Under the pieces are notes generated by a model that was given only the letters and a program-made list of their open reading frames with translations, was not told the origin of the DNA and made no database searches. Of a stretch of DNA of 64,000 nt, positions 1-9,228 are shown in pieces (within the stretch, counting starts at the first letter, position 1; every line of letters starts with the position of its first letter). A program made the translations under genes and the position numbers. This DNA comes from an uncultured Gemmatimonadota bacterium. Its GTDB lineage: Bacteria > Blakebacterota > Blakebacteria > Blakebacterales > CAYUVJ01. The DNA lies in the NCBI GenBank assembly GCA_964519015.1, contig CAZFHZ010000006.1, positions 18 to 64,017 of the forward strand, written 5' to 3'.

Positions 1-913
1 TGTAGGCCCGTCCCACCCCGCTCTCCAGCATGCCGCCGCACCAGACCGGGATAGAGCGGCCGCGGCAGAAGTCGTGGATGGCGATCGAGGGACCGAATCC
101 CCCGACCCGCCCCGGTTTGATGTTGATGATCCGGCCGCTCCCCAGGGTTACCATGTCTCGGGCCCGGTCGAGACCGGTGATCGATTCGTCCAGACAGATC
201 GGGGTGCGCAGCCGGCGCTGCAGTTCGGCGTGCTGGACCAGGTCGTCCCAGGCCAAAGGCTGTTCGATCATCAGCAGCCCCAGTCCGTCGAAGGCCTCGA
301 GGGTGGGGATGTCCTCCAGGGTGTAGGCGTTGTTGGCATCCACCATGAGCGGGGCCTCGGGACCGAGCGCGGCGCGCACCCCCCGCACCCACTCCAGGTC
401 GGCCCCCGGTTTCACCTTGAGTTTGATCTTCCGGTACCCCTCGGCCAGCCGGGCGGCAGCCTTGGCCGCCAGGGTCTCGGGATCGGGCTGAATGCCGATC
501 GAGACCCCCACCTCGATACGCTCCCGCTCCCCCCCGATCAGGTGGGCCAGGGGGACCCCGGTGCGTACCGCCTCCAGGGCCCACAGACCCATCTCCACCG
601 CGGCCTTGGCCATCAGATGACCGCGGAAATCGCGCCCCAGCCGGTGGGCGGTATCCAACGGGTCGGCGATCTCGGTGTCCAGCACGCGGGGGGCCACATA
701 CTCCCGGAGCACCACCCAGGCGACATCGATCGTCTCCGGCGCATAGTTGGGGCGCTCCCCCGCCACGCACTCCGACCAGACGGAGTACCCCTCCCGGTCG
801 GTCAGTTCGAGCAGCAGGATGCGACGATGGGTGGTCGTCCCCGAGGAGATCTGGAAAGGTTCGCGCAGCGGCAGGGTGATCTCCCGCAACTCGATCGATC
901 GGAGCATGGTCAT
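1..913 (-). CDS. Enolase-superfamily enzyme, o-succinylbenzoate synthase / N-succinylamino-acid racemase-like; 3' part runs off the window start
   Basis: Manual reverse-strand translation from ATG at 913 (MTMLRSIELREITLPL...); motifs KIKLKVKPG, ICLDES, GRIINIKPGRVGG typical of MR/MLE enolase-superfamily members (MenC/NSAR). Not in the ORF track because no stop lies inside the window. Confidence 0.7.
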   Translation of the reverse strand, partial: MTMLRSIELREITLPLREPFQISSGTTTHRRILLLELTDREGYSVWSECVAGERPNYAPETIDVAWVVLREYVAPRVLDTEIADPLDTAHRLGRDFRGHLMAKAAVEMGLWALEAVRTGVPLAHLIGGERERIEVGVSIGIQPDPETLAAKAAARLAEGYRKIKLKVKPGADLEWVRGVRAALGPEAPLMVDANNAYTLEDIPTLEAFDGLGLLMIEQPLAWDDLVQHAELQRRLRTPICLDESITGLDRARDMVTLGSGRIINIKPGRVGGFGPSIAIHDFCRGRSIPVWCGGMLESGVGRAY

Positions 914-1135
914 GGACCGGTTCCTCCCCCTCGCCGCACTTCCCGCACCGGGGCCCGGACTACTCCCTCCGGGTGGTCGGGTGCAACCCTCCGCACAGGA
1001 GCACGATTCTGCCTGGGTCATTCATAGGTCCACCGGGTACTCTCGATACTATTCCGGAGACGCGGGCGCAAGCCCGCCCCCAAACCGGGTCCCGGAAGCG
1101 GCCTCGCCGCCGGACGTCGAAACGACGGATCAGAC

Positions 1136-1759
1136 GTGGACAGGGAGGAGACCATGACCGACCGGCCCGACATCCCCGGGAGCGTGCATGCGCTCATCCG
1201 GGAGCGCTGGAGTCCGAAGGTGTTCGATCCGGCTCCGCTGCCCGATCCGCTCCTGCGCGACATCTTCGAAGCGGCCCGCTGGGCCCCTTCCTCGATGAAC
1301 GAGCAGCCGTGGCGGTTCCTGCTGGGACGCCGGGACCGGGGTGAGACCTACGACCGGCTCCTGGCCACCCTCAGCGAGGGGAACGCGGTCTGGGCCCGCC
1401 AGGCTCCGGTGCTGGTACTGGCGGTGGCCTGCACCACCTACACCCGCCACGGGCGTGAGAACCGGCATGCCTGGCACGACACCGGGTTGGCCCTCGCCCA
1501 GCTCATCCTCCAGGCGACGGCGGGCGGTCTGGCGGTCCATCCGATGGGAGGGTTCGACGCGGCCGCCGCGCGGACGGCCGGTCGGATTCCCGAGGGGTTC
1601 GATCCGGTGGTGATGCTGGCGATCGGCCGGCGCGGAGACCCGTTGCGGGCCCCGCACGGGGTGGAGGAACGGGACCCGGCCGCCCGCTCCCGGCGGGGGC
1701 TCGAGGCGACCGTCTTCGAGGACTCGTGGGAGGAAGCGGCGCGTTTCGACGGAGCGTGA
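1136..1759 (+). CDS. Nitroreductase-family protein
   Basis: 207-aa ORF; SPKVFDP...EQPWRFLL...HDTGLALAQLILQATAGGLAVHPMGGFD nitroreductase-fold signature; GTG start at 1136, alternative ATG at 1154. Confidence 0.75.
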   Translation: MDREETMTDRPDIPGSVHALIRERWSPKVFDPAPLPDPLLRDIFEAARWAPSSMNEQPWRFLLGRRDRGETYDRLLATLSEGNAVWARQAPVLVLAVACTTYTRHGRENRHAWHDTGLALAQLILQATAGGLAVHPMGGFDAAAARTAGRIPEGFDPVVMLAIGRRGDPLRAPHGVEERDPAARSRRGLEATVFEDSWEEAARFDGA

Positions 1760-1769
1760 GGACGCCGAC

Positions 1770-2987
1770 TCAGCGCAGCCGTATCACCCGGAAGCGGTCG
1801 AGCCCCCCCTCCCCGGCCTCGCGCAGCAGGACATCCCCCCGGTCGGTGAAGGCCACCGGCGTGCCGGGATCGTCGACCGAACCCAGATAGCCTCCCTGCA
1901 GGGTGAAGAGGTCGAGCCGGGTGCAGCCCGGTTCGGGGAGCTGCGCCCGGATCCAGACCCGTCCTTGGGCGTCCAGACCGATGGCGGTGATGGCCGGCAG
2001 CCGCTGGGCGAAGGGGATACGCTCCCGGGTAGCGGCGGTGGGGGTGAAGTCCTCCCGGGCACCGATATCCTCCCGGAGACGGTGCTCGAAGTACCACTCC
2101 CGGTGGGCCGCGGTGACGGTCAGATCGGGCGTCGGGGCGACCACCTCGGTCTCCACCCCGCCGGTTCCGTCCCGCACTTCGAAGCGGTAGCCCCGACCGG
2201 TCACCGTCACGATCCGATCTCCTCGAGCGTCCCAGAGCAGTTCCCCGTCGAAGACCGGGGCACCCCACCAGCCGCGCTGCTCCCCCTCCTCCGATTCCAC
2301 CGTCAGGGCATGGAAGCCGGAGACACTCATGACGGCGAGCGTGTCCACCAGTCCGTGCCCCGGACGCGCGCCCGTGGATACCTCCAGGCCGTGGACCAGC
2401 AGGTACCAGCGCGAGGGCTCCAGGGCCGCTTCGGCCACGGTCAGCGGCCACTGGGCGGCCTGGAGGATGCGCCCGTCCGGCCGGACCCGGAAGGCGCTGA
2501 CCAGGCGCGCCGCCCCCGGCCAGCGGCGTTCCTCCACCAGGGTCCCGTCACTCGCATAGAGTTCGAACCGCCGGTTGCCCACGTCGCTGACCCAGAGCCG
2601 CGCCTGCTGCCAGGCGAGTTCCAGGGGATACCGCAGTTCCCCCGGCCCCGCTCCCTCCCGGCCCCAGGAGCGGACCAGTCCCCCCTCCGGGTCGAGTTCG
2701 ACCACTTTCCGGATCACTCCGTCAAGCAGGTAGAAGGTCCCCTCTCCCCCGGCGACGGAGGTGACTTCGCCGAAGAGCCAGGGAGCCCCTTCCGCCCACA
2801 CCCGCCACTCGGCCACCGGCTCCAGGACGAGCTGCCTCTCCCCGACCGAAGCGTGGACCACCCGCACGCCCCCCCCGGACCGTGGTTCGGTGACCGGACC
2901 CGCCGGCCGGCGCTCCCGGCCGCAACTTGTGAGCACCGTCAGGAGTATCAATGCAGCCAGCGGACGGAGGCGATAGATTGCAGGCAC
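1770..2987 (-). CDS. Lipoprotein, NHL-like 6-bladed beta-propeller (paralog 1 of 3)
   Basis: Signal peptide plus lipobox (LTVLTSCG); repeated blade motifs incl. GREGAGPGELRYP; paralogous to 49381..50547 and 56413..57588. Confidence 0.7.
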   Translation of the reverse strand: MPAIYRLRPLAALILLTVLTSCGRERRPAGPVTEPRSGGGVRVVHASVGERQLVLEPVAEWRVWAEGAPWLFGEVTSVAGGEGTFYLLDGVIRKVVELDPEGGLVRSWGREGAGPGELRYPLELAWQQARLWVSDVGNRRFELYASDGTLVEERRWPGAARLVSAFRVRPDGRILQAAQWPLTVAEAALEPSRWYLLVHGLEVSTGARPGHGLVDTLAVMSVSGFHALTVESEEGEQRGWWGAPVFDGELLWDARGDRIVTVTGRGYRFEVRDGTGGVETEVVAPTPDLTVTAAHREWYFEHRLREDIGAREDFTPTAATRERIPFAQRLPAITAIGLDAQGRVWIRAQLPEPGCTRLDLFTLQGGYLGSVDDPGTPVAFTDRGDVLLREAGEGGLDRFRVIRLR

Positions 2988-3030
2988 GGTTCCAACCCTT
3001 TCACCCTGGCCGGCATCCTAAGGTAGGTTC

Positions 3031-3600
3031 ATGCAGCGAGAACCAGGCGCCCGTCCGGAGGGTTCGCCTCCGGAACCCGGGTCGGACGAAGAGGAGCTCG
3101 TCACCCGGGCCAGGCAGGGAGACCTCCGGGCCTTTGAAACATTGTACCGGATCAGCGTGGGGCGCGTTTATGCGCTCTGCCTGCGCCTGACCGGGGACAC
3201 TGAGCTCGCGCAGCGGCTCACCCAGGACGCTTTCGTGCTGGCCTGGGAGAAGCTGCCGGGTTTCCGGGGCGAGGCGGCCTTCACCTCCTGGCTGCACCGC
3301 CTGACCGTCAACGTCGTCCTGCAGGACCGGCGCAGCGACCGGAGAAGAATCGCCCGGCAGGCCGAAGCGGTGGCGGAGCGTTCCTCCTCGCCGGCTTCGG
3401 ACCCGGGTCCGGAGATGCGTATCGACCTGGAGCGGGCCATCGCCCGGCTCCCGGCCCGAGCGCGCACCGTCTTTCTGCTGCATGACGTGGAGGGATACCG
3501 GCACGAGGAGATCGCGGAGCTGACCGGGACGGCGGTGGGCACATCCAAAGCCCAACTCCACCGAGCCCGACGGCTGCTGCGGGAGATGATGCGGAGATGA
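3031..3600 (+). CDS. ECF (sigma-24 / RpoE-like) RNA polymerase sigma factor
   Basis: Sigma-70 region 2 (LVTRARQGDLRAFETLYRISVGRVYALCLRLTGD, FTSWLHRLTVN) and region 4 (TVFLLHDVEGYRHEEIAELTGTAVGTSKAQLHRAR). Confidence 0.9.
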   Translation: MQREPGARPEGSPPEPGSDEEELVTRARQGDLRAFETLYRISVGRVYALCLRLTGDTELAQRLTQDAFVLAWEKLPGFRGEAAFTSWLHRLTVNVVLQDRRSDRRRIARQAEAVAERSSSPASDPGPEMRIDLERAIARLPARARTVFLLHDVEGYRHEEIAELTGTAVGTSKAQLHRARRLLREMMRR

Positions 3601-4247
3601 ACTGCCATCAGGTCGACGAGATCGCCGGGGACTTCCTGGCCGGCCGGCTGCCGCCGGAGCAGGCCGGGGAGGTCGCCACCCACCTGGCCGGGTGCCCCCG
3701 GTGCCGGCTCGAAGTGGACCAGCTGCGCGACCTGCTCGAGGCCGCCCGGGAACTCCCCCGCTGGGTGGAGCCCCCCCGCGACTTCTGGTCGGGCGTGCGC
3801 AACCGGATCGAGGGGACGCCCGGCCGGCGTTCCCGGGTGGTGGCGGCCCCGCGACTCTGGAATCACCTGGCCCCGCTGTTGGCCACGGCGGCCACGGTCG
3901 CGTTGCTGCTGCTCTTCGGACCCGGTTTGGTCGAACGCATCCGACCCGTCTCCTTCACCTACTCCGATCTCGATCCGGTGGAGGTCGTCGACCTCGAGTT
4001 CAACCGTCTGCTGGCGTGCCTCCAGGCGGATGTCGAGGAGACGGTGACGCTTCCCTCCTCGGCCGCCCGGTCCGTCCAGGAAGGGCTACACATCATCGAC
4101 CAGGCCATCGCCGAGACGAAGGCCGCGGCCGAGCACTACCCCGGTGACCCGGACCTCCAGCGCCGGCTGGCCGGGTCGTACCAGGCCAAACTGGAACTGC
4201 TCCGCCGGACCACCAGTTACTCCGGCCGGAATGAAGTCCTCTACTGA
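3597..4247 (+). CDS. Anti-sigma factor (zinc-finger type)
   Basis: ATGA overlap with the sigma gene stop; MNCHQVDE...HLAGCPRCRLE (HxxxCxxC) N-terminus, central hydrophobic TM segment. Confidence 0.7.
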   Translation: MNCHQVDEIAGDFLAGRLPPEQAGEVATHLAGCPRCRLEVDQLRDLLEAARELPRWVEPPRDFWSGVRNRIEGTPGRRSRVVAAPRLWNHLAPLLATAATVALLLLFGPGLVERIRPVSFTYSDLDPVEVVDLEFNRLLACLQADVEETVTLPSSAARSVQEGLHIIDQAIAETKAAAEHYPGDPDLQRRLAGSYQAKLELLRRTTSYSGRNEVLY

Positions 4248-4263
4248 GTGAGGGGGGGATGCC

Positions 4264-5175
4264 ATGAATCGGAAGATCGTCAGCCTCGGCGTCGCGACGG
4301 TCATGCTGCTGGCGTGTACCGCGACATCGACCGGCGCGCAGGAGAAGGTGGACCGGAGATTGCCGGCGACCGCCACCGGCACGGTCCAGATCCGCAACCT
4401 GGCCGGTTCGGTCCGCGTGGTGGGCTGGGACCGTAACGAGGTCCAGGTCCAGGGGACCCTGGGACAGGGGACCGAACGGCTCGACTTCGAGAACCGTTCG
4501 GGGGTGATCGTGGTCGAGGTGATCCTGCCGGAACGGCGGGGGAACCAGCGGGAGAACCGGATCGGGGGCTCCGAGCTGGAGATCCGTGTCCCGGCCGGAG
4601 CGGTGATGGACGTGCGCACCGTCAGCGCCGGGATCCGTGTGGAGGGGGTGCGGGGGGCGCTCGATCTGGAGACGGTGAGTGGTGAGATCCAGACCATCGG
4701 GGAACCCGAGGAGGTGCGTGCCCGCACCATCAGCGGGGACATCGACATCGCCTCGAGCCGCGGATCGGTGAACGCCAACACCGTCAGCGGCGAGGTGACC
4801 ATCGGCCAGGCGGTCGGGGAGTTCAAGGTCACCACCATCTCGGGGAACGCCACGGTACGGGCGCGCGCCCTCACCGACGGCGCGTTCGACTCGATCGCCG
4901 GCAACCTCCGGTTCGACGGGGAGCTGGCCGCCCGGGCCCGGCTCGAGCTGGAGTCGCACTCCGGCACGATCGAGCTGACCGTCCCGGCGAACGTCTCAGC
5001 CCGTTTCGAGGTCGACACCTTCTCCGGCTCGATCCTCAACGCCTTCGGCCAGGAGCCGGTCCGGACGAGCCAATACGTGCCGGGCAAGGAACTCAACTTC
5101 ACCCAGGGCAGCGGGGACGCCCGGATCCGCATCCACGTCTTCAGTGGACGGGTGGAGATCCGCAAGCGCGGGTAG
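4264..5175 (+). CDS. DUF4097-family exported protein (putative adhesin-like beta structure)
   Basis: Signal peptide; repeated SG(D/E)I(x)V / GSVxV beta-strand repeats typical of DUF4097; commonly third gene of ECF/anti-sigma operons. Confidence 0.65.
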   Translation: MNRKIVSLGVATVMLLACTATSTGAQEKVDRRLPATATGTVQIRNLAGSVRVVGWDRNEVQVQGTLGQGTERLDFENRSGVIVVEVILPERRGNQRENRIGGSELEIRVPAGAVMDVRTVSAGIRVEGVRGALDLETVSGEIQTIGEPEEVRARTISGDIDIASSRGSVNANTVSGEVTIGQAVGEFKVTTISGNATVRARALTDGAFDSIAGNLRFDGELAARARLELESHSGTIELTVPANVSARFEVDTFSGSILNAFGQEPVRTSQYVPGKELNFTQGSGDARIRIHVFSGRVEIRKRG

Positions 5176-5210
5176 GGACACCCCTCTCACTCAGTGGTCG
5201 GGAAGGAGAA

Positions 5211-5240
5211 GGCCCCGCTCCGGCGGGGCCTTCCTTTTCC
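5211..5240 (+). terminator. Rho-independent terminator after the ECF operon
   Basis: GGCCCCGC-tccg-GCGGGGCC stem-loop followed by TTCCTTTTCC, 36 nt after the DUF4097 stop. Confidence 0.7.
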
Positions 5241-5444
5241 GAATGCGGGCGGGCTGGTGGGAACAAGGGTTCAGGGGAGTCCCACCGGCAGGAGCAGGCT
5301 GGCCAGGGTCAGGAGCAGCCCCCAGCCGAGGGAGCGGGCGAAGAGTGAACGCGCCTGCCGCAACAGGCGGGTGAAGAGGGCCAGGTCCTCGATCGGGCGG
5401 GGTCCATCATCCAGGTCGCACTGACCGCGCGTGGCCAGGAACAC

Positions 5445-5690
5445 TCAGGTCCCCTCCTGTGCCTGCAGCAGTCCCAGCATGCCCGGGGCGAAGAGCCCGA
5501 ACAGGGTGAGCCGGAGCAGACGGGGCTCGCCGGCGGCCGCCAGCAGGAGGGCGAGTACACCACCCGTGGCCAGGAAGAAGATCCCGAACGCCCGGCGGAT
5601 CCGGCGCTGCCGCGGTCCGATGTTGACGGCTCCCGGTGGTCCCTTCACGGCCTCCTCCTTCCCCGGCCGGCCGGCGGCGGCTCTCCCCAC
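5445..5690 (-). CDS. Small hypothetical membrane protein (81 aa)
   Basis: ORF track; one hydrophobic helix FGIFFLATGGVLALLLAAAG; followed in the same frame, directly after its TGA, by a second 58-aa hydrophobic ORF (5276..5452). Confidence 0.3.
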   Translation of the reverse strand: MGRAAAGRPGKEEAVKGPPGAVNIGPRQRRIRRAFGIFFLATGGVLALLLAAAGEPRLLRLTLFGLFAPGMLGLLQAQEGT

Positions 5691-6166
5691 AACCCCCGGC
5701 CCGCCTCACGCGCCTGCCGCTGCAACCGGACGAAGAGCTCCACGAAGCGGATGTTCGGCGGCACCGTCATCAGCTGGGCGTAACCCCGCCGGAGCAGTTC
5801 CGCGTTCACGAACAGCTCCCCGACACAGACATAGGCGAGCAGCCGGCCGTAGCGGTCGCGGCGCTCGACGTCGAAGTAGAGCCGCACCACCTTCCCCTCG
5901 ACCAGCATCCGGTTGGCCTCGGAGGCTTCTTGGCCGTACGGCTCCACCCCCCGGGTCGGGTGCACGGTCTCGGGGGTATCCATCCCGATGTAGCGCACGA
6001 CCTCGACTCCGTCCCCGAGTCGCACCCGGATGGTATCGCCGTCCACCACCCGCTCCACCGGGGCGAACTGGCCGAGACCGGCCAGGAGCACACTCACCAG
6101 TAATCGGATCGGCAGGGCGGGTCCTCCTTCCCCCCGGTTGGCAACCGTTCTAGACTCCCCGACCAT
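5645..6166 (-). CDS. Thermonuclease (SNase / micrococcal-nuclease-like), exported
   Basis: C-terminal VVDGDTIRVRLGDGVEVVRYIGMDTPET...GRLLAYV...AELLRRGYA SNase motifs; start placed at Met-148 of the 320-aa ORF because the upstream part overlaps the ALDH gene and looks non-coding; N-terminal hydrophobic anchor. Confidence 0.75.
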   Translation of the reverse strand: MVGESRTVANRGEGGPALPIRLLVSVLLAGLGQFAPVERVVDGDTIRVRLGDGVEVVRYIGMDTPETVHPTRGVEPYGQEASEANRMLVEGKVVRLYFDVERRDRYGRLLAYVCVGELFVNAELLRRGYAQLMTVPPNIRFVELFVRLQRQAREAGRGLWGEPPPAGRGRRRP

Positions 6167-6199
6167 CACGCCTGGGACCCCAGACCGGACGGTTGCCTC

Positions 6200-7639
6200 A
6201 TGAGCGTATCCCCTTCCCCGACTTCCCACCAGAGGTTCGAGGAACGCCTCGATGCCGTGCTGGCGCGCCAGCGGGCCTGCGCCCCCCGCCTGGCCCGCTC
6301 CGGTCACCGGGAGCGCTCGGAGCGTCTGCGGCGGATCGAGGCGTGGATCATGGCCCATCGGGGACAGATCGCCGAAGCCCTGGCGGCGGACTTCCGCAAG
6401 CCGGTCCCCGAGACCGACCTGACCGAGGTCCTGGTCCCGGTCAGCGAGTGCCGCTACACCCGGCGCCACCTCCGGAGCTGGATGCGCCCCCGGCGGACCC
6501 GACCCTCCCTGACCCTGCTGGGCTCGACCTCCCACGTCCGCTTCGAACCGCGGGGAACCGTGCTGGTACTGGCCCCCTTCAACTACCCTTTCCTGCTCTG
6601 TGTGCATCCCCTGATCTCCGCCCTAGCCGCGGGGAACACCGTGGTCCTCAAACCTTCCGAGATGAGCCCCCGGACCGCCCGGCTGATCGAGGAGATGGTC
6701 GCCGAACTCTTCCCCGAGGAGGAGGTCGCGGTCTTCACCGGGGGGGTCGAGGCGGCCACCGAACTGCTGCGGCGTCCCTTCGACCACATCTTCTTCACCG
6801 GGAGCCCGCGCGTGGGGAGCGTGGTCATGCGGGCCGCCGCCGAGCATCACGCCACTATCACCCTGGAACTGGGAGGGAAGTCCCCGGCGGTGGTGGATGC
6901 CTCCGCCGACCTGCGGAGAGCGGCCGAGAAGATCGTCTGGGGACGGTTCCAGAACGCGGGGCAGACCTGCATCGCTCCCGACTACGTGCTGGTGGAGCGA
7001 CGGGTCGAGGCGCCCTTCCTCGACCAGTGCCGACTCGCCCTGCAGCGACTCTACGGTCCGGAGCCGGACCGCCGCCGCAATCCCGACCTCGCCCGGGTGA
7101 TCGACGCGCGGCATCTGGAGCGCCTGCGGGGGCTGCTCGAACAGGCCGTGGCGGCGGGCGCCCGCATCGTCTGCGGCGGGGAGCACGACCGTTCGGAGCT
7201 CTGGTTCGCCCCCACCCTCCTGGCCGGGGTGGACCCGGCCATGGACATCATGCAGGAGGAGATCTTCGGACCCCTCCTGCCGGTCATCGCCTGGGAGGAG
7301 CCGGCCGAGGCGGCGGCGGTGATCCACGCGCTCCCCCGCCCGCTCGCCCTCTATCTGTTCAGCCACGACCGGGAGCGGATCCGGTGGTTCACCGATGAGA
7401 ACGCCTCCGGCGCCGTATGCGTCAACGACGCCTTGGTCCACTTCCTCCATCCCGGTCTCCCCTTCGGCGGGGTGAACACGAGCGGACAGGGCAGCTATCA
7501 CGGCTACTTCGGCTTCCGGGAACTCTCCATGGAACGGGCGGTGCTGGTACGCGGCCCCCTCGACCCGCTCCGGTTCTTCCTCCCCCCATACGGGGCGAGG
7601 GTCCGGCGCCTGATCGAACTGGCCGTGAGGTACCTGTGA
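6200..7639 (+). CDS. Aldehyde dehydrogenase, class-3-like (fatty/aromatic aldehyde DH family)
   Basis: ALDH motifs ELGGKSPAVVD, FQNAGQTCIAPDYVLV (catalytic Cys), typical ALDH3 length of 479 aa. Confidence 0.9.
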   Translation: MSVSPSPTSHQRFEERLDAVLARQRACAPRLARSGHRERSERLRRIEAWIMAHRGQIAEALAADFRKPVPETDLTEVLVPVSECRYTRRHLRSWMRPRRTRPSLTLLGSTSHVRFEPRGTVLVLAPFNYPFLLCVHPLISALAAGNTVVLKPSEMSPRTARLIEEMVAELFPEEEVAVFTGGVEAATELLRRPFDHIFFTGSPRVGSVVMRAAAEHHATITLELGGKSPAVVDASADLRRAAEKIVWGRFQNAGQTCIAPDYVLVERRVEAPFLDQCRLALQRLYGPEPDRRRNPDLARVIDARHLERLRGLLEQAVAAGARIVCGGEHDRSELWFAPTLLAGVDPAMDIMQEEIFGPLLPVIAWEEPAEAAAVIHALPRPLALYLFSHDRERIRWFTDENASGAVCVNDALVHFLHPGLPFGGVNTSGQGSYHGYFGFRELSMERAVLVRGPLDPLRFFLPPYGARVRRLIELAVRYL

Positions 7640-9228
7640 GCGCGCCGGCTCTCTTCGATCGCGACTGGGTCGTGGTCGGATCCGGTTTCGGGGGCTCGGT
7701 CTCCGCCCTGCGGCTGGCCGAGAAGGGCTACCGCGTCACGGTCCTGGAACAGGGGAGGCATCTGGAAGCCGCCGACTTCCCCCGCACCAACTGGGACCTG
7801 CGCCGCTGGCTCTGGATCCCGGCCCTGCGCTGCTTCGGGCTCTTCCGCATCACCTTCTTCCGCCATCTGACCGCTCTCACCGGGGTGGGGGTCGGAGGGG
7901 GTTCGCTCATGTACGCGAACACCCTGCCGGTCCCCAAGGCCGAGTTCTTCCGCGCCCCCGGCTGGGGAGAACTGGCCGACTGGGAGAAGGAACTCGCCCC
8001 GCACTACCAGACGGCCCGCCGGATGCTCGGCACGGCGGTCAACCCGCAACTGGAGACCGGTGACCTGGCGCTGGCCCGGATCGCCGCCGACCTGGGAATC
8101 GCCGAGCAGTTCGAGCCCACCACGGTGGCGGTCTTCTTCGGCGAGCCCGACGTGGAGGTCCCCGATCCTTACTTCGGAGGGGAGGGCCCTTCACGGACCG
8201 GTTGCAACTTCTGCGGCGGCTGCATGATCGGCTGCCGCTACGGGGCAAAGAACACCCTCGACCGCAACTACCTCTGGCTGGCCGAGCGGCGGGGGGCCGA
8301 GGTGAGGGCCTCCACCCGGGTGGTGGACATCACCCCGCTGGACGGCCCCACCGGCGACGGTTCGGCCGGTTATCGGGTGCACTGGCGGTCGACCGGTTCC
8401 TGGTGGCCCCACCGGGGTGAGCTGACCTGCCGGGGAGTGGTCCTGGCGGGGGGAGTGCTGGGAACCGTCCCCCTCCTGCTGCGGCTCCGGCGGCGCTCCC
8501 TCCCCCGCCTCTCGGAGCGGGTGGGACACCGGGTGCGGACCAATTCGGAGAGTCTGCTCGGGGTCACCGCGATGCGCCCCGATACGGTTTTCTCCGACGG
8601 GATCGCCATCGGCTCGATCCTGCACACCGACCCCCACAGCCACCTGGAACCGGTCCGCTACCCCGCCGGCTCCGGCTTCTGGCGCATCCTGGCCTCCCCG
8701 CTGACCCACGGCGGCAACGCCGTCACGCGTCTGGTTCGCGCCCTGGCCGAACTGCTCCGGCATCCCCGGCGCAACCTCAAGGCGCTCCTGGTCCGTGATT
8801 GGGCGAAACACACCCAGGTCCTGCTCTTCATGCGCACCATCGAGAGCACCCTGCGGCTCCGTCCGGGACCCTTCGGAGTGCGGACCGGCGTGGAGGAGGG
8901 AGAGCGTCCCACCGCCCTGATCCCCGAGGCGCGGGAGTTGGCCGGGCGGTTCGCCCGGATCGTGGATGGTCAGCCGATGGCCCTGATCACCGAGACCCTG
9001 CTGGGGATACCGACCACCGCCCATCTCCTGGGGGGGTGCGTGATGGGGCGCGATCCGGATGAAGGGGTGATCGATTCCGACCACCGGGTGTTCGGCTACC
9101 GCGACCTGCTCGTCTGCGACGGTTCGACCATCTCGGCCAATCCCGGGGTGAACCCCTCGCTCACCATCACCGCCCTGGCGGAGCGGGCGATGGCCCGGAT
9201 TCCACCGGCGCCCCCGGACTGGAGTTGA
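7636..9228 (+). CDS. GMC-family FAD-dependent oxidoreductase (cholesterol/long-chain-alcohol oxidase-like)
   Basis: GTG start overlapping the ALDH stop (GTGA); N-terminal dinucleotide fold VVVGSGFGGSVSALRLAEKGYRVTVLEQG; GMC C-terminal region DGSTISANPGVNPSLTITALAERA. Confidence 0.8.
   Translation: MSAPALFDRDWVVVGSGFGGSVSALRLAEKGYRVTVLEQGRHLEAADFPRTNWDLRRWLWIPALRCFGLFRITFFRHLTALTGVGVGGGSLMYANTLPVPKAEFFRAPGWGELADWEKELAPHYQTARRMLGTAVNPQLETGDLALARIAADLGIAEQFEPTTVAVFFGEPDVEVPDPYFGGEGPSRTGCNFCGGCMIGCRYGAKNTLDRNYLWLAERRGAEVRASTRVVDITPLDGPTGDGSAGYRVHWRSTGSWWPHRGELTCRGVVLAGGVLGTVPLLLRLRRRSLPRLSERVGHRVRTNSESLLGVTAMRPDTVFSDGIAIGSILHTDPHSHLEPVRYPAGSGFWRILASPLTHGGNAVTRLVRALAELLRHPRRNLKALLVRDWAKHTQVLLFMRTIESTLRLRPGPFGVRTGVEEGERPTALIPEARELAGRFARIVDGQPMALITETLLGIPTTAHLLGGCVMGRDPDEGVIDSDHRVFGYRDLLVCDGSTISANPGVNPSLTITALAERAMARIPPAPPDWS

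Noticed and set aside
5645-6607. Full 320-aa reading of the thermonuclease ORF
   Set aside because: The N-terminal 147 codons overlap the aldehyde dehydrogenase gene and are Gly/Pro/Ala-rich. Only the C-terminal SNase domain with its own Met and hydrophobic leader is credible.
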